64,000 nucleotides of DNA from Octopus sinensis. Taxonomy: Eukaryota. Position 1 is the stretch's first letter; every line of letters starts with the position of its first letter. Positions 13,554 to 27,377 of the stretch are shown here, one piece after another. The DNA lies in contig NC_043000.1 in assembly GCF_006345805.1 (NCBI RefSeq), forward strand, positions 136,400,001 to 136,464,000, given 5' to 3'. A program made the position numbers and the translations under genes. A model generated the notes under the pieces. That model did not search any database, was not told the DNA's origin, and saw only the letters and a list, made by a program, of their open reading frames with translations.

Positions 13554-14529
13554 GTGTGTGTGAGTATACACATATATGCATACAAGCATATAAATGTGTA
13601 TGTATACAGATGTATATATGCATACATACACATACATATATATGTATGTTAATGAGTATATGTGTGTGTCTGTCTGTTCGTACGCGCGCGCGTGTGCATA
13701 TGTCTACATTTGCGTTTGTTTACATCTTAGTGACTTTGTGGCTTTATCAAAATAAATACAGATAGATTATGTACCAGAATTTTAAAAAATAAGTATTGGG
13801 AAATATTCGATCAACTTAAGACTAGTGAGCCAGCATCGGTACAGTGCAATAGCTGAAACAAATAAAAGATAATAATAAAGAAAGTTTATACATATGTATG
13901 TATATTTTGTTACAGCTGAGATAAAGGCAGATTGTTTTGACGCTATGACATTATCAGAACCTTTTGGAGATTATAATACTGATACAATTTGCTTTTATTG
14001 AGTTCTTTTATTTATACTGTGGAACCACTTGTCTTTATGAGTAAACACAATTATATTTGCGTGTGTGTGTATGTGTGTATTTGTGTGTATGTGTGTTTGT
14101 GTGTGTGTGGGCGCGTATGCTTGTATATGTGATATAATTATTAATATTTTTTTCGGCAACACAAGAGCACTGAATGTCAATTAAGTCTAATTTCGTGACA
14201 TGTAGTAGTAGAGAGATAAGTCTCTCATAAAATAGGATGCCAGTCTGCTAAGAATAAAAATCTCAGGATATATTGCTTCTATTTCTGACGTACACACACC
14301 CACATACACTTGCATATGCGAGCACATTCACTTACACAGTTATTTATGATTTTTTTATGGAGTATACTTATCCAGGGGTATGAAACTCAGAGTAACGAAT
14401 TCTGAACCTTCAGCTTATACAATATATGTAAAAGAACTCGGGAGGCTGGGTCTCCAACTAGGACTTTCGCAATACCCTTGAAGCCAGGAACTTTTCAGCA
14501 TCCCCTCGTTTATATATATATATATATAG

Positions 14530-14580
14530 TTAATTCAAACGAACAAAGAGAAAATGCAACAAGGCGAGGACGTGGAACAA

Positions 14581-14631
<51 letters not shown>

Positions 14632-15075
14632 GTTAATCCAAACAAGAAAGCACAAAAACAAAACACAACAACGCGAGGACGTGGAACAAATATAGTATTA
14701 TTGGATGCTCAGGAAAGAAGGAAAGAAAGAGGGTTTAACGTTTCGAGCAGAGCTCTTCGTCGGAAACATAGGAGAAGGAAAGATCCAGAGAAGGGAACAC
14801 AGAGGGAAAAAAATCGCCAACGGTACACATGAGGTCACATTTTGAATATATATTTTGAATATATATATTGATAGAAATGGCAAGACAACAAAAGAATGAA
14901 AGAGACCTCTATATTATGTAAATAGAGGAATTTATCTGTAAATATATGTGGCAAAATTTTCTTTCGATGGCCCGATAACTGAAGAGATGCCGGCGTGGGC
15001 TTCCGCCCCAACATCCGAAACTCGGAGTTTTATCATGGCTACCGAATAATTGTCACATATATTTACAGATATTAC
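14530..15075. mobile_element. Penelope-like insertion with inverted 5' segment and two HHR motifs
   Basis: Minus-strand tail 14590-14960 with CCGACGA-A-GAGC tct GCTC-GAAACGTT at 14734-14766. Inverted copy TATCTGTAAATATATGTG at ~14936 versus ~15052-15072. Flanked by (TA)n. Confidence 0.7.
14974..15034 (+). ncRNA. Type I hammerhead ribozyme-like motif
   Basis: GATAA-CTGAAGA-GATG...CATC-C-GAAA-CTC G GAG-TT-TTATC. Stem I is 5 bp, core intact, GUU site; stem II has one extra C. Confidence 0.55.
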
Positions 15076-15770
15076 AGATATATATATATATATATGCACA
15101 CACGCGCATGTTTGTATACGTAGGGAACAGATTTTATTCTTTTTCTGTTGAGGACATAACTATGTCATTTTGTAATTTGATACTTAATAATGTTTACTCA
15201 AAAAATAATACTCCCAAATATATATATATATATATATCGTGAAAGTTTCGAGGCTACCTTAACCGTATCTTCAGAATGTTTTGCCCTTATTATGGAAGGC
15301 ACCTTATATTATTGTTGTTCTCCCCGATAGAACTGGCCATCAGTGTATTAGTGGTGTATGTCATCGGATATGAATTTACCATGTATATTTGTAGTACACT
15401 TTCGTTGAGATAGAATTTCTTCCATAATTAGAATACGTATGTGTGTATGTGAGAGAGAGAGAGAGAAAGAGAGAGAGAGAATGCGTATACGATTGGTGGG
15501 AAATATCTGTTTTTAATGGAGCATTCCAGAATGAATCGTAAATCTCATTGTATGATAAATGAATTCGGAAAATGTCATGCACGAAAATCTTGGGTCTTTT
15601 GCAACTTCTCTGACCGTTAATACAGACACACATACACACGCTCACATATACAAGCTCAGGCTCACATACACAAGCACTCGCGCGCGCACGCACACACGTA
15701 ATACATATAAATATATATGTATTCATATATGTATACGCATATATATGCACTCTTTATATATACATAAAGA

Positions 15771-15806
<36 letters not shown>

Positions 15807-16572
15807 ATGTGTGTGTGTATGTATGTATATATATATATATCTACACATACATACATACACACATATACATAATGTATATATATATATGTGTGTGTATGTA
15901 TGTATGTGTATATATATATATATGTACACATACATAGACACACACATATATACATGCTTTATGTATATATGAAGGGGTGTATATATATATGTATGTGTGC
16001 GTGTGCGTGTGTGTATGTCTGTGTATATGCGTATTTATCTATACATTTGCATGCTGTATACAATTATGTTCTTGCATACAGCTGCGCATAGACATGATTT
16101 TACATGTATGTTAATTTAGACGTGTGTGTGTGTGCGTGTGAAAATAGTAGAACCGGTGCCTTAACGAAATTGAAATAATAAAAATGTGGCTTAGTTTGGG
16201 GAATAATGTGACAGATAGGTCAGTATCTAGAAGCTTCTTTATCGATTTTTGTAATAAAATGGCAAAACAAATTCTTCAGTTTACATAATTGGTTTACAAC
16301 CATAAACAATTTTTTCCAAGAGTGAAAAGAAGAACTGTATTGAGAAATTGTAATCTGTCATAACTTTGTGTAGTGGTATAATAAATAATGAGGTAATTTC
16401 GAAGGGATCTCTGCATGTGTGTTCTTCAATTCCTCCCGGTATCTTTTTTTGTTTTTGTTTTTATTTTCTCTGTGTTTTTCTTGCACATTTATCTTTGTTG
16501 GATGAATGCATCAATGTCTGCATATACGTACAGACACACAGACACACACACAGTCACATGTTTGCATATACG

Positions 16573-16605
<33 letters not shown>

Positions 16606-16753
16606 AAAATATTATAATTGATACATACATATGCGTATATATATATATTATATATGTATGTATATATATATATATACACATATGCGTACACACACACACA
16701 CACATATATATATATATGTATGTATGTATATATATTATAAATATGTATGTATG

Positions 16754-16817
<64 letters not shown>

Positions 16818-17238
16818 TATATATATATATCCAACTTAACGTGGACGTATTGTTAGAGCGCCGAGTACCACGTTGAGTAGGATATAAAAAATTGCCTTTC
16901 GGTACTATAACTGCTTCCGTCGCTAATAATTATGTTTTAATAAGCTTGCTGGCTATTTGCGATACCAGTGACTGATGAATCACTGTTATTCAATGATCAT
17001 TGGTAGAGGAATTCGGCTGGTACACCGGGCTGATCGCCGGCCACTTAAAAAGCGCTGTAGGCTGAAATCCCGTGATCTGGCATTTCAGAGACCCATACCA
17101 GGCAATTTTCGTCTGCTGCGATACATATCTGTTCATTTTTGCATCATGCGTCTATATAAGGGGTCCTCTGAAGGTGAAAACTACGGTATCTGGCATTATA
17201 ACAATATATCCACTTTAATTTGGCTATATAGATTGTCG

Positions 17239-17450
17239 TTAGCACGCCGGGCGAAATGCGTAGCCGTATTTCGTCTGCCGTTACGTTCTGGGTTCAAATT
17301 CCGCCGTGGTCGACTTTGCCTTTCATCCTTTCGGGGGTCGATAAATTAAGTATCAGTTACGCACTGGGGTCGATATAATCGACTTAATCCGTTTGTCTGT
17401 CCTCGTTTGTCCCCTCTGCGTTTAACCCCTTGTGGGTAGTAAAGAAATAT
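17239..17450 (+). mobile_element. SINE family C (5'-shortened)
   Basis: GTTAGCACGCCGGGCGAAATG through GTAGTAAAGAAATA. Confidence 0.9.
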
Positions 17451-19849
17451 ATAAAGATTGTCGTTTGGTATTAATACTGTTTCTATCACTAATAATTTCA
17501 CACATACACACATATGTATGTGTGTGCACGCGCATGTCTATTTGTGTGTGTATATTTTTTGATTCCCCCACAAAACGATATATATTACAGAACTCAATAT
17601 TTCAGTTATATGTACTCAATACTTACAATAATGTATATTATAACTGAAAGGTTTTAAAATGGCAGTGATGCGATTTCCCCGCTTCCATCTGATAAACCGA
17701 CCCAGATGTTCTTTAAATCATCGGATGTTTGCATCTATTTCAAACAATTTAAAAGCTATCTAGATACTTTTTTTCTCAATATTAAAAAAGATGTTACTCG
17801 ATCGTTATTGATAAAAATGTTTGTTTAAAGGACACGTTTATTTTCCTTCTTCCTGGACCCCATGGAAAACGGAAATAATCAAAACGTCATCACGGTTTGT
17901 AATTATCGTTGCTTGCTCTGTTCAAACCTCATAAAAAGGTGGTTACTATAACAAATCTTCTTTTCTTATAAAATTCCGTTCTGTTTAAACAATTATTTTA
18001 AATATTCACTTCGAAACACAACCTTTTTCTCAGAACTTGGTCGAAAATTAAGGAAGAGATGTAATCGGTTTGAACTCAAATCGTTTTAGAATATCGACAA
18101 ATTAAATCAAACGGCAGGTTCAGCCTCTTTTATGTTATAGAATACTACCCAACCATTTGTACATACATGTATTATCCTGAAATCACTATAATTTTGAAGA
18201 TCAAATACAACCATAAATAACACAAGTGTCAATATTATATTGGAAAGACTTTGTGGTTTAAGAAACACGGAAATTATCTCTATGGTGCATCTATCTTTGT
18301 TACGATGGCGCAGCGATTTAGGATTTAAGCGGATTATACATCGTTCACATACTGAAAAGTATAGCAAAATCCTTAAGCATAGCTTTACAGGGACGACGAT
18401 CTTGCCGATAAAATGAAAAATACTCGAATTAGCACTTTTAGACGCTTACGTTGCTTTGAAATCTGAAGACTTTGCTTGGTTCAACACGAAATATAAATAA
18501 CCATATCTGCGTTGAGCTCAGCGAAGCAAAAATAAATAAGGGATCCGATCTCACGCACAGTTATGGAATACTTTTTGGTAACGTTACCAGATATATATGA
18601 AAAGTATCATCAAAGAGGGCAGTACTTATTGATGTTTTTCTATATACACTACAACAGGATTCTAGTTAGAAGTTGCTGTAGTACCAAGCTAAAATGTATA
18701 CAACAACCCTTACGAAAGAATATCAGTCATAAAAACACAATAGGTGTGAGGTTTAACTCAATCTATATTTCAAATGTATCCAAAAACGTTGCTAGAGCTT
18801 TACACGTTTCCCTGATTCCCAAAAATATCACAAAGTTTTCAATAAAATTGCCGTTAACGTTAGTTATAATTCTACAGCTAACACAGTAATAAGAAATCTC
18901 TAACCACCACTAAAGAACCTATAAACATCATAATAACTGAACTCAACTGCATTTTCAGAAACACTACTAGGTGCAATTTGGATAAAGATAATTGTAAAAA
19001 TGAATATTATATAGTACAAATGTCGTAACGGTAAATTACGCTGAAAAAAATGTTTACTTGGTTAAATTTATAAATTTATAATTTATAAATTGATACACAC
19101 AAATTCATTTAAACGTAGAAATAAGGACAATGCCATGTCTCTCTTGAAATACATTTTGCCCCGAAATGACAAAGGAGAAAGCAACCTCACTATAAATAGA
19201 GTTTTATTTTTGCAAAAGTAAAGGCATATAACGGCTGTGGTAGACAATATAAAATATATCACTCAGAAAAAAATTTAAATTATAACTCTACTCAGCAACA
19301 TTTTAAACAGAAGAAAGAAACCTTTCCGTCGTGCCTCTATGCAAGTAAATGAATTGATAAATAAATAAACTGCAGTTATGTCAAACTTACTGCTGATAAA
19401 TGAGGTATGCACTAATTTAACAGGTAAAACCAAACTAATTTTTAAAGTAAAGGTTAAAACCTCTAATAAGTCAATTTTGGTTGCATCATCTTTAGAAACT
19501 AATGTTTGTATTTGGATTATGTGGAACAAGAATACTAAAAATCGAGCATGATAAACCGAATAAGAATTTAAGCTAAAATTTGTGTGTGCTAATCTATAAA
19601 ACATTGTGATCACAGCACTATCTTGAATTAAGCCATGTTTCCATTGTAGTCTAACATGACTGTCTGATAAATGAAGAATTCAGGAAGCTAAAAGCAATGG
19701 CAGAATACATTAGCCCATGTAGTGAGTAATTTTTCTTTTATTCATTACATTATTCAATAACTTATGTACATATTATTTTTGAAATTACATTTTACATGTT
19801 AACAGGGTTTGCTTATTCATATATATAGATATCGGTTTCAAATTTTAGC

Positions 19850-20043
19850 ACAAGACTAGCAATAATTGGGCAGAGGTTAAGTCGACTATATCGACCTAGT
19901 GTTCAGCTGGTACTTGTTTTATCGACCCTGAAAGGGTGAAAGGCAAAGTCGATCCCAGTGGAATCTGAATTCAGAACATAAAAACAGGCGAAATGCCGCT
20001 TAGCATTTTGTTCGGCGTGTTAACGATTCTGTCAGCTCACTGC
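19850..20043 (-). mobile_element. SINE family C, diverged
   Basis: Reverse complement matches the family C body (GAAAGGCAAAGTCGA on plus). Confidence 0.75.
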
Positions 20044-20062
20044 CTTTATATATATGTATGTA

Positions 20063-20463
20063 CTAGCAGTATGGTCCGGCGTTGCTCGGGTTTGTTTTCT
20101 TTTTGACCCTTTAGAATTGGAATTTTTGTAAAGTAAAAATTTTGCATTATGTATCTTGTTCTCTTTAAGTGAACATTTTCCTGGTTGAAATACACCGAAA
20201 AATGGCGACACAGCAGTAAAAAAATCGTAAAAAATAGGGATTTTCATAGAAAAAAGCACCTTTTTGATGTAAATAATTTTTGGTCTTAACATGGTCCAAT
20301 TTGAATGTTTTCTTCTACGGAATGATGAGCAAGCCTTTTTCTATCATACTCTCAATTTTGGTCAACTTGCGCCGCAGGGTCTCGGAGGAGATAGTATTAG
20401 TTGAAGGCTGCCAAACCTGCCATACACACAGACAACTTCAGCTTTATATATATAACGATTAGA
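20063..20463 (-). mobile_element. Non-autonomous Helitron-like element
   Basis: Minus strand ends CCCGAGCAACGCCGG...CTGCTAG|T, the same 3' end as 24790-24819; 5' end near TATATATAAAGCTGAAG. Confidence 0.7.
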
Positions 20464-20826
20464 ATATCATCAACGTTTAATGTCCCACTATTAACTTTTG
20501 TCATTGAAAAACAGAGGAATTATCTGGTTTGCAGCTTAGTAGGTGAAAGGATCATCCATATATATCAATATATATACATTAGTGCATATATTTTTACATG
20601 TGGTTTCATGTTATTGATATTTATCGCGTAATTTGCAATATTATAAGCAGCTTAGTAATTGTAAAGTAGATGAACAATTGACTTGATCAGCATCTCAAGG
20701 TTACGTTTTTTCGCTTTGATGCATTTCAAGATAAACACTGTCATATTACTGCTTGCATGTAAGTGTATTATACTATTGTACATGAGGACGTTTCTGCGAA
20801 TATGTGTGCGAGTTTATGCTTATACG

Positions 20827-21239
20827 CTCTTTTACTCTTTTACTTGTTTCAGTCATTTGACTGTGGCCATGCTGGAGCACCGCCTTTTGGTCGAGCAACT
20901 CGACCCCGGGACTTATTCTTTTTTGTAAGCCTAGTACTTATTCTATCGGTCTCTTTTGCCGAACCGCTAAGTGACGGGGACGTAAACACACCAGCATCGG
21001 TTGTCAAGCAATGCTAGGGGGACAAACACAGACCCACAAACACACACATACATATATATATATATACACATATATACGACAGGCTTCTTTCAGTTTCCGT
21101 CTACCAAATCCACTCACAAGGCATTGGTCGGCCCGGGGCTATAGCAGAAGACACTTGCCCAAGATGTTACGCAGTGGGACTGAACCCGGAACCATGTGGT
21201 TGGTTAGCAAGCTACTTACCACACAGCCACTCCTGCGCC
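20827..21239 (-). mobile_element. SINE family B
   Basis: Reverse complement of 2128-2544. Confidence 0.9.
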
Positions 21240-21771
21240 TATATATTTTTTTATGTTTAATTTTCTAGTAAAATGTTTTATCTAATATAAATATTGGAAA
21301 TCATGTAGGACACCAAAACGGCATTTTTATTTGCTGGCAACTTACGTTTCATTGAAAAATCTGTCAACTAATACTCCACTCAAGAGTTTAATCCTAAATT
21401 CCATGAGTTGGCTGCCCCGTTAAGATTGAATTTTGATAAGTTATAAGCTATTAATTAGCTTTATAAAGTGCGTAGAGCATGTTTGATAGTCAGTCTATTG
21501 AACAAATTGCATACAGCATTAAGATGATAATGTATCCTTGACACAGAATTGCAAATGTTATATAGATTTATACATGTGTCTTTGCACAAGAACATAAACA
21601 ATCAAATGCATACTTTTTCTGTAATTTTTAGTCATAATTATTGACAGACTTCGTTAATAATATGTAACTATGCACTATGCATTGTTTATATCTAATAAAA
21701 TGGATCCTAGAGAATATTATGAAAGAAGCAAGGAAGGTATACGAAAAGACCGAAATATACACATAAATGAC

Positions 21772-21900
<129 letters not shown>

Positions 21901-21925
21901 TATACATATATATATATATATATAT

Positions 21926-22023
<98 letters not shown>

Positions 22024-22669
22024 GATAGATAGATAGATATATGGCCCAATAAATAATCTTGTCATGAGTAAGAACCCATCGACAGTTATATCCTACTTTC
22101 AAATGGAGAAAACGAACTTCGAACACTAAATCCCGTCTCAAAAGATCCCTTCTTGCTGTCAGGTGCAGAATTTTTGGACTGCCACGTCGCTTTTGGCAAA
22201 ATGAAAGCAGGTGTGGAGAGTGTAAAAATACGAAAGCAAAAGTTAGTAGATCTGCGTAGTGTACAAGCGGTAAGACCAAGTACACCCTCAGTCATATTCC
22301 TCTCGAGCAATAACACATATATACAAATATACTAGATGTGTAACAGGTCTCTAGAAGGAATAAGTATGTTGTTGGTAGGGAAATAAATATATACAGCATT
22401 TGAGTTCGTCAGAATATATTACAGAATAATTAATCTTAGTCTAGTCAAAAGCAACATAACAATACAATAGTGAACTATGCATACGGACAATAATCAAGAC
22501 TTTAGGAGCACAAGATATGCAGTGACATTACAGACAAGTTGACAGAAAATGAAAACTATGCATGAAAGAGATGCACAGGAAGAGTAAGCAATAACAACAT
22601 CTATGGAAGTTCGTAATACAAGGCCAGAGTTGTACAATCTACATTAATTCTTTAATATATTATATCACA

Positions 22670-23380
22670 AAGGCGGCGAGCTGGCAGAAACACTAGCACG
22701 CCGGGCGAAATGCTTAGTTGTATTTCGTCTGTCTTTACGTTCTGAGTTCAAATTCCGCCGAGGTCGACTTTGCCTTTCATCCTTTCGGAGTCGATAAATT
22801 AAGTATCAGTTACGTAGCTTAGTTTTTCCTTGGGGCTGGCCGGATCGGAGCGATCTCAAGATTAATCAGCCGAAATTGCGAGGATGATCCGGTTCTTGAC
22901 TGAAGATTAGAGGCTTTGATGTAATCGACTTAATCCGTTTGTCTGTCCTTGTTTGTCCCCTCTGTATGTAACCCCTTGTGGGTAGTAAAGAAATAGGTAT
23001 TTCGTCAGCCGCTACGTTCTGAGTTCAAATTCCGCCGAGGTCGACTTTACCCTTCATCCTTTCGAGGTCGATTAAATAAGTACCAGTCACGCACTGGGGT
23101 CGATGTAATCGACTTAATCCCTTTGTCTGTCCTTGTTTGTCCCCTCTATGTTTAGCCCCTTGTGGGCAATAAAGAAATAAGAAACGTTAGCACGCCGAGT
23201 GAAATGCTTAGTTGTATTTGGTCTGTCTTTACGTTCTGAGTTCAAATTCCGCCGAGGTCGACTTTGCCTTTCACCTTTTCGGGGTCGATAAATTAAGTAC
23301 CAGTTGCGTACTGGGGTCGAACTAAACGACTGACCTGCTCTCCAAAAATTTCGGGCCTTGTGCCTAGAGTAGAAAAGAAT
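22670..23380 (+). mobile_element. SINE family C trimer with a ~103-bp foreign cassette
   Basis: Units start at 22670, ~22995 and ~23180; cassette at 22815-22917. Confidence 0.9.
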
Positions 23381-24434
23381 AAATCATATCACAATTTTCC
23401 TTTTTTCAAATAGCCTATAAAAAATCAATATTGAAATAAAAGTTAGTAACTGAAAGCTGGGAATTTTCGTGAGTGATATTCTTATGGATGTGTTAGGTGT
23501 TAAGAATTCGAGAAAAATAATTTTGTATATCGTAGGCACAGAAATATTTATGAGGTTAAGAATTTCACTTTGTACTCACAGTTGTACGAAGTCAATCAAA
23601 CTATGTAGCATATGAGGCAGATATAACCTTGGTATGATCAATGACTTATCAACTGTTTGATTGATGTAAATTCTAGAAACCTCTTATTATATGTCAAAAT
23701 CCTCGATTTCATTTATATCAACACCAGCTAACTGCTGCTATGTTTATGTTGGGTAATATTTATGTTCTTTAACTTAGTGATCATGACAAATTCAGATGGT
23801 TGAAATAAGTACCAAACTGGGCTCAATTTAATTGAATATAATCCTTGATGCGGTAGGTATGCTTGGCCGCAAGTCCAATGACAAAAGCCAGTTAATGAAT
23901 AAAAGAAACTGTTATGATTCTTTTTATTCTTGGAACTGGTAAATAATGGGTTGAAAAAAATCATTGTGGATTCAAACATTCAAAGGCTGGAGAATTTATA
24001 TTTAAATTCATAAAGTTGTGTAGCATATTTAAAAGCTGGGAATTAGCTGATTGTATTTACACTAGGGACATTGTTTAAAAGTACCAGCTCAAGTGCACTG
24101 GCCTCTTGATGTATATGAAGGGAAGGGTACTATGTAGTTGTTATCTTATGACCTGCAACATGGTTACGTAAAGAATCCCAGAAAGTGGTGCTAACGTAAC
24201 TTCGAAATTACAGCAAGAAGGAGTTGTATCAGAAACTCTTAGCATGGTAGCTTTGCACCATCCATCCTGAAGAAGAAGCGGACAATTTGATGCTTTGTAT
24301 TTCCAATATAATCTCATAGGTACTATTCTGTAGCAATAGCAATTCAGAATCTTCTAGTAAAACTTGCACCAATAAAATTCCAATGGCCATCCAGCATACG
24401 AATTTATCAAAGATTATCTCCTCGTACCACAAAA

Positions 24435-24819
24435 TCTCTCTATATATAAACGGCAGTTTGTCTGTGTGTGTTTCTGTGTGTCTGTTTGGTTGTACCCTCA
24501 CCCTGACCACTGCTTTCAACCGATTCTGATGAAACTTGACACACACATAGCCCAATGTCATAATTCAAAACTAACGCAGCTAAAATTTTGAAAAGTTCCC
24601 CCAGTTCTGAAAAAAATCGATAAATTCGACATGGGGTCGAGAATCAGAAACACAAACCACAGACTGTCTAGGGGACGCAACTCGACCTTTTTTACTCTCA
24701 AAAAAAGATTTACCATAATTTTTTTCCCATTTTTTTGCTATTTTTTGGCTATAACTCTCTAAAAATGCTTTATAGTTATTTCCCTTACAAACCTGAGCAA
24801 CGCCGGGCGATACTGCTAG
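24435..24819 (+). mobile_element. Non-autonomous Helitron-like element
   Basis: Starts TC (A|TCTCTCTATATATAAACGGCAG), ends GC-rich motif plus CTAG|T; inserted between A and T with no TSD. Confidence 0.8.
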
Positions 24820-24849
24820 TCTTAATATAATCGGACTATTGTTCTTTGT

Positions 24850-25161
24850 GTGGAGGCGCAATGACCCAGTGGTAAGGGCAGCGGACTCACGGTCGTAGGA
24901 TCGCGGTGTCGATTTCCAGACCGGGCATTATGAGTCTTTATTGAGCGAAAACACCTAAAGCTCCTTAGGCTCCGGCAGAGGGTGGTGGTGAACTCTGCAG
25001 TACTCTTTCACCACAACGTTCTCTCATCCTTTCTTCCTGTTTCTGTTGTACCTGTATTTCAAAGGGTCAGCCTTGTCACACTCTGTGTCACGCTGAATCT
25101 CCCCGAGAACTACGTTAAGGGTACACATGTCTGTGGAGTGCTCAGCATCATGCACGTTAAT
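24850..25161 (+). mobile_element. SINE family A, 3'-truncated
   Basis: Family A head and body; stops at CACGTTAAT. Confidence 0.88.
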
Positions 25162-25164
25162 AAA

Positions 25165-25362
25165 TGAGCTACGACGTCACTGATGCCAAGCTGTATCGGC
25201 CTTTGCCTTTCCCTTGGTGGTGTGTCCATCGGTGGCGTGGAGAGGGGAGGCTGGTATACGTGGGCAACTGCTGGTCTTCCATAAATAACTTCGCCAGGCT
25301 TGTGCCTCGGAGGGTAACTTTCTAGGTGTAATCCCATGGTCATTAATGACCGAAGGGGGTAA
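25165..25362 (-). mobile_element. Interspersed repeat (probably RTE-associated SINE or LINE 5' part)
   Basis: Shares ATACCAGCCTCCCCTCTCCACGCCACCGATG with 59260-59305 in opposite orientation. Confidence 0.6.
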
Positions 25363-25440
25363 CAAAAATAACGCAACAAGTGTTCTTTGTATTAGATTTA
25401 CAAATTAACGTTATATCCATTATTATCAAATATATACTCT

Positions 25441-25750
25441 TTACTCTCTCTCTTTTACTTGTTTCAGTCATTTGACTGCGGCCGTGCTGGAGCACCGCCT
25501 TTAATCGAGCAAATCGACCCCGGGACTTATTCTTTGTAAGCCCAGTACTTATTCTATCGGTCTCTTTTGCCGAACCGCTAAGTGACGGGGACGTAAACAC
25601 ACAAGCATCGGTTGTCAAGCAATGCTAGGGGGACAAACACAGACACACAAACACACACATACATACATATATATATATATATATACATATATACGACGGG
25701 CTTCTTTCAGTTTCCGTCTACCAAATCCACTCAAAAGGCATTGGTCGGCC
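25441..25750 (-). mobile_element. SINE family B, 3' part
   Basis: Matches the family B tail; tRNA head missing. Confidence 0.88.
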
Positions 25751-26138
25751 ATGCAACTTTACATCAGAAAATTTTAGATTGCTCTGACCAAGAAAATGCT
25801 GTTATGCAATATTGTCTAAAAAATAGGAAAGATTCTACCTACGATTCTACATACATTTCTTATTCAATATAAAATCATTTCACCCTGAGCCAAATTAGAT
25901 GTTTTCAAATATATTATTCTATTAGTTTTGTTCAGTTTTTACAAAACTGCGATAAGTGTTAATATACATTGTCATTGGAAAAAGAAACAATGAACAAAGA
26001 ATAGAAAATATCAAATGAATAAAAAGACATTGTCCAATAACGTGGTTTGAAAATAGCAAGAGAAAATAATATTCACACCCAATGAAAATTGAGAAAAAGC
26101 CAAGCAGTTATTGTAAATCATCTGGAAGAGAGACGTAT

Positions 26139-26561
26139 TATATTTGTGAATGTAGTAAAAAAGGAATATGTATATAATGATATACATACGTGTGTATGTG
26201 TGTGAGTGTGTGTGTGTAAGCCTCATGAAATATATATACTTAGAGATATAGGATCAGAGTAATTTTATATTTGTTATTTTTCAATACTTTTGCTTAAAAT
26301 CAAACGAAAATGTAAGGGAAATATTCTGTCATGATTCCGAACGAGAAAAGTTTTAATTGACTTAATGGTCCAGCGCAGCAACAGACATGAGCGGGAATTG
26401 AGCTTTGTACTATATTTGTGAATGTAGTAAAAAGGAATATGTATATATATAATGATATACATACATGTGTATGTGTGTGAGTGTGTGTGTGTGTAAGCCT
26501 CATGAAATATATATACTTAGAGATATAGGATCAGAGTAGTTTTATATTTGTTATTTTTCAA
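26139..26561. repeat. ~146-bp direct duplication enclosing an inverted copy of 27541-27666
   Basis: Copies at 26139-26284 and 26411-26561; spacer 26285-26410 is the reverse complement of 27541-27666 with ~4 substitutions. Confidence 0.92.
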
Positions 26562-26986
26562 AGTTCGCGCTTTTCTATGGGCATGCAACCGAAAATATAA
26601 AGTATAAATAGATAATATCTGGGTATATTTACTACTTTCTCATATTCACAAACTGCATTGTCTGCAGTGCAAGTATTCGTAAACAATGGCTTCAATGGGC
26701 ATTTCATCTCAAAGATTAGCCGTTGAGTCAATCAGTAGTTCATTGCGCATACTATACAAACGCATGCACCAACACACGCGCGCACACACACACACACGCT
26801 GCTGACGCGCATACACATATGTCTAATATTCATAGACAAACACGCACATATATAAGTATATATGTAAAAGTTGCCGACAAAGCACATTTTTATATTTGAA
26901 ATAGGTGACATTCACCTCAATATGTCGATATTTCATGGCCCTTAAACAATTATAGAACAAAAAAAAAAAACCAGAAACTATAGAGA

Positions 26987-27377
26987 TGGAAGCACTCCGT
27001 CGGTTACGACGACGAGGGTTCCGGTTGATCCGAATCAACGGAACAGCCTGCTCGTGAAATTAACGTGTAAGTGGCTGAGCACTCCACAGACACATGTACC
27101 CTTAACGTAGTTCTCGGGGATATTCAGCGTGACACAGAGAGTGACAAGGCCGGCCCTTTGAAATACAGGTACAACAGAAACAGGAAGTAAGAGTGAGAGT
27201 GAGAGAAAGTTGTGGTGAAAGAGTACAGCAGGGATCACCACCATCCCCTGCCGGAGCCTCGTGGAGCTTTAGGTATTTTCGCTCAATAAACACTCACAAC
27301 GCCCGGTCTGGGAATCGACACCGCGATCCTATGACCGCGAGTCCGCTGCCCTAACCACTGGGCCATTGCGCCTCCAC
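26987..27377 (-). mobile_element. SINE family A, full length
   Basis: TSD ACTATAGAGAT at 26977-26987 and 27379-27389. Confidence 0.92.

Noticed and set aside
18563-18889. 108-aa ATG ORF
   Set aside because: No recognisable domain; weak PLE-RT-like words in other frames are wrongly spaced.
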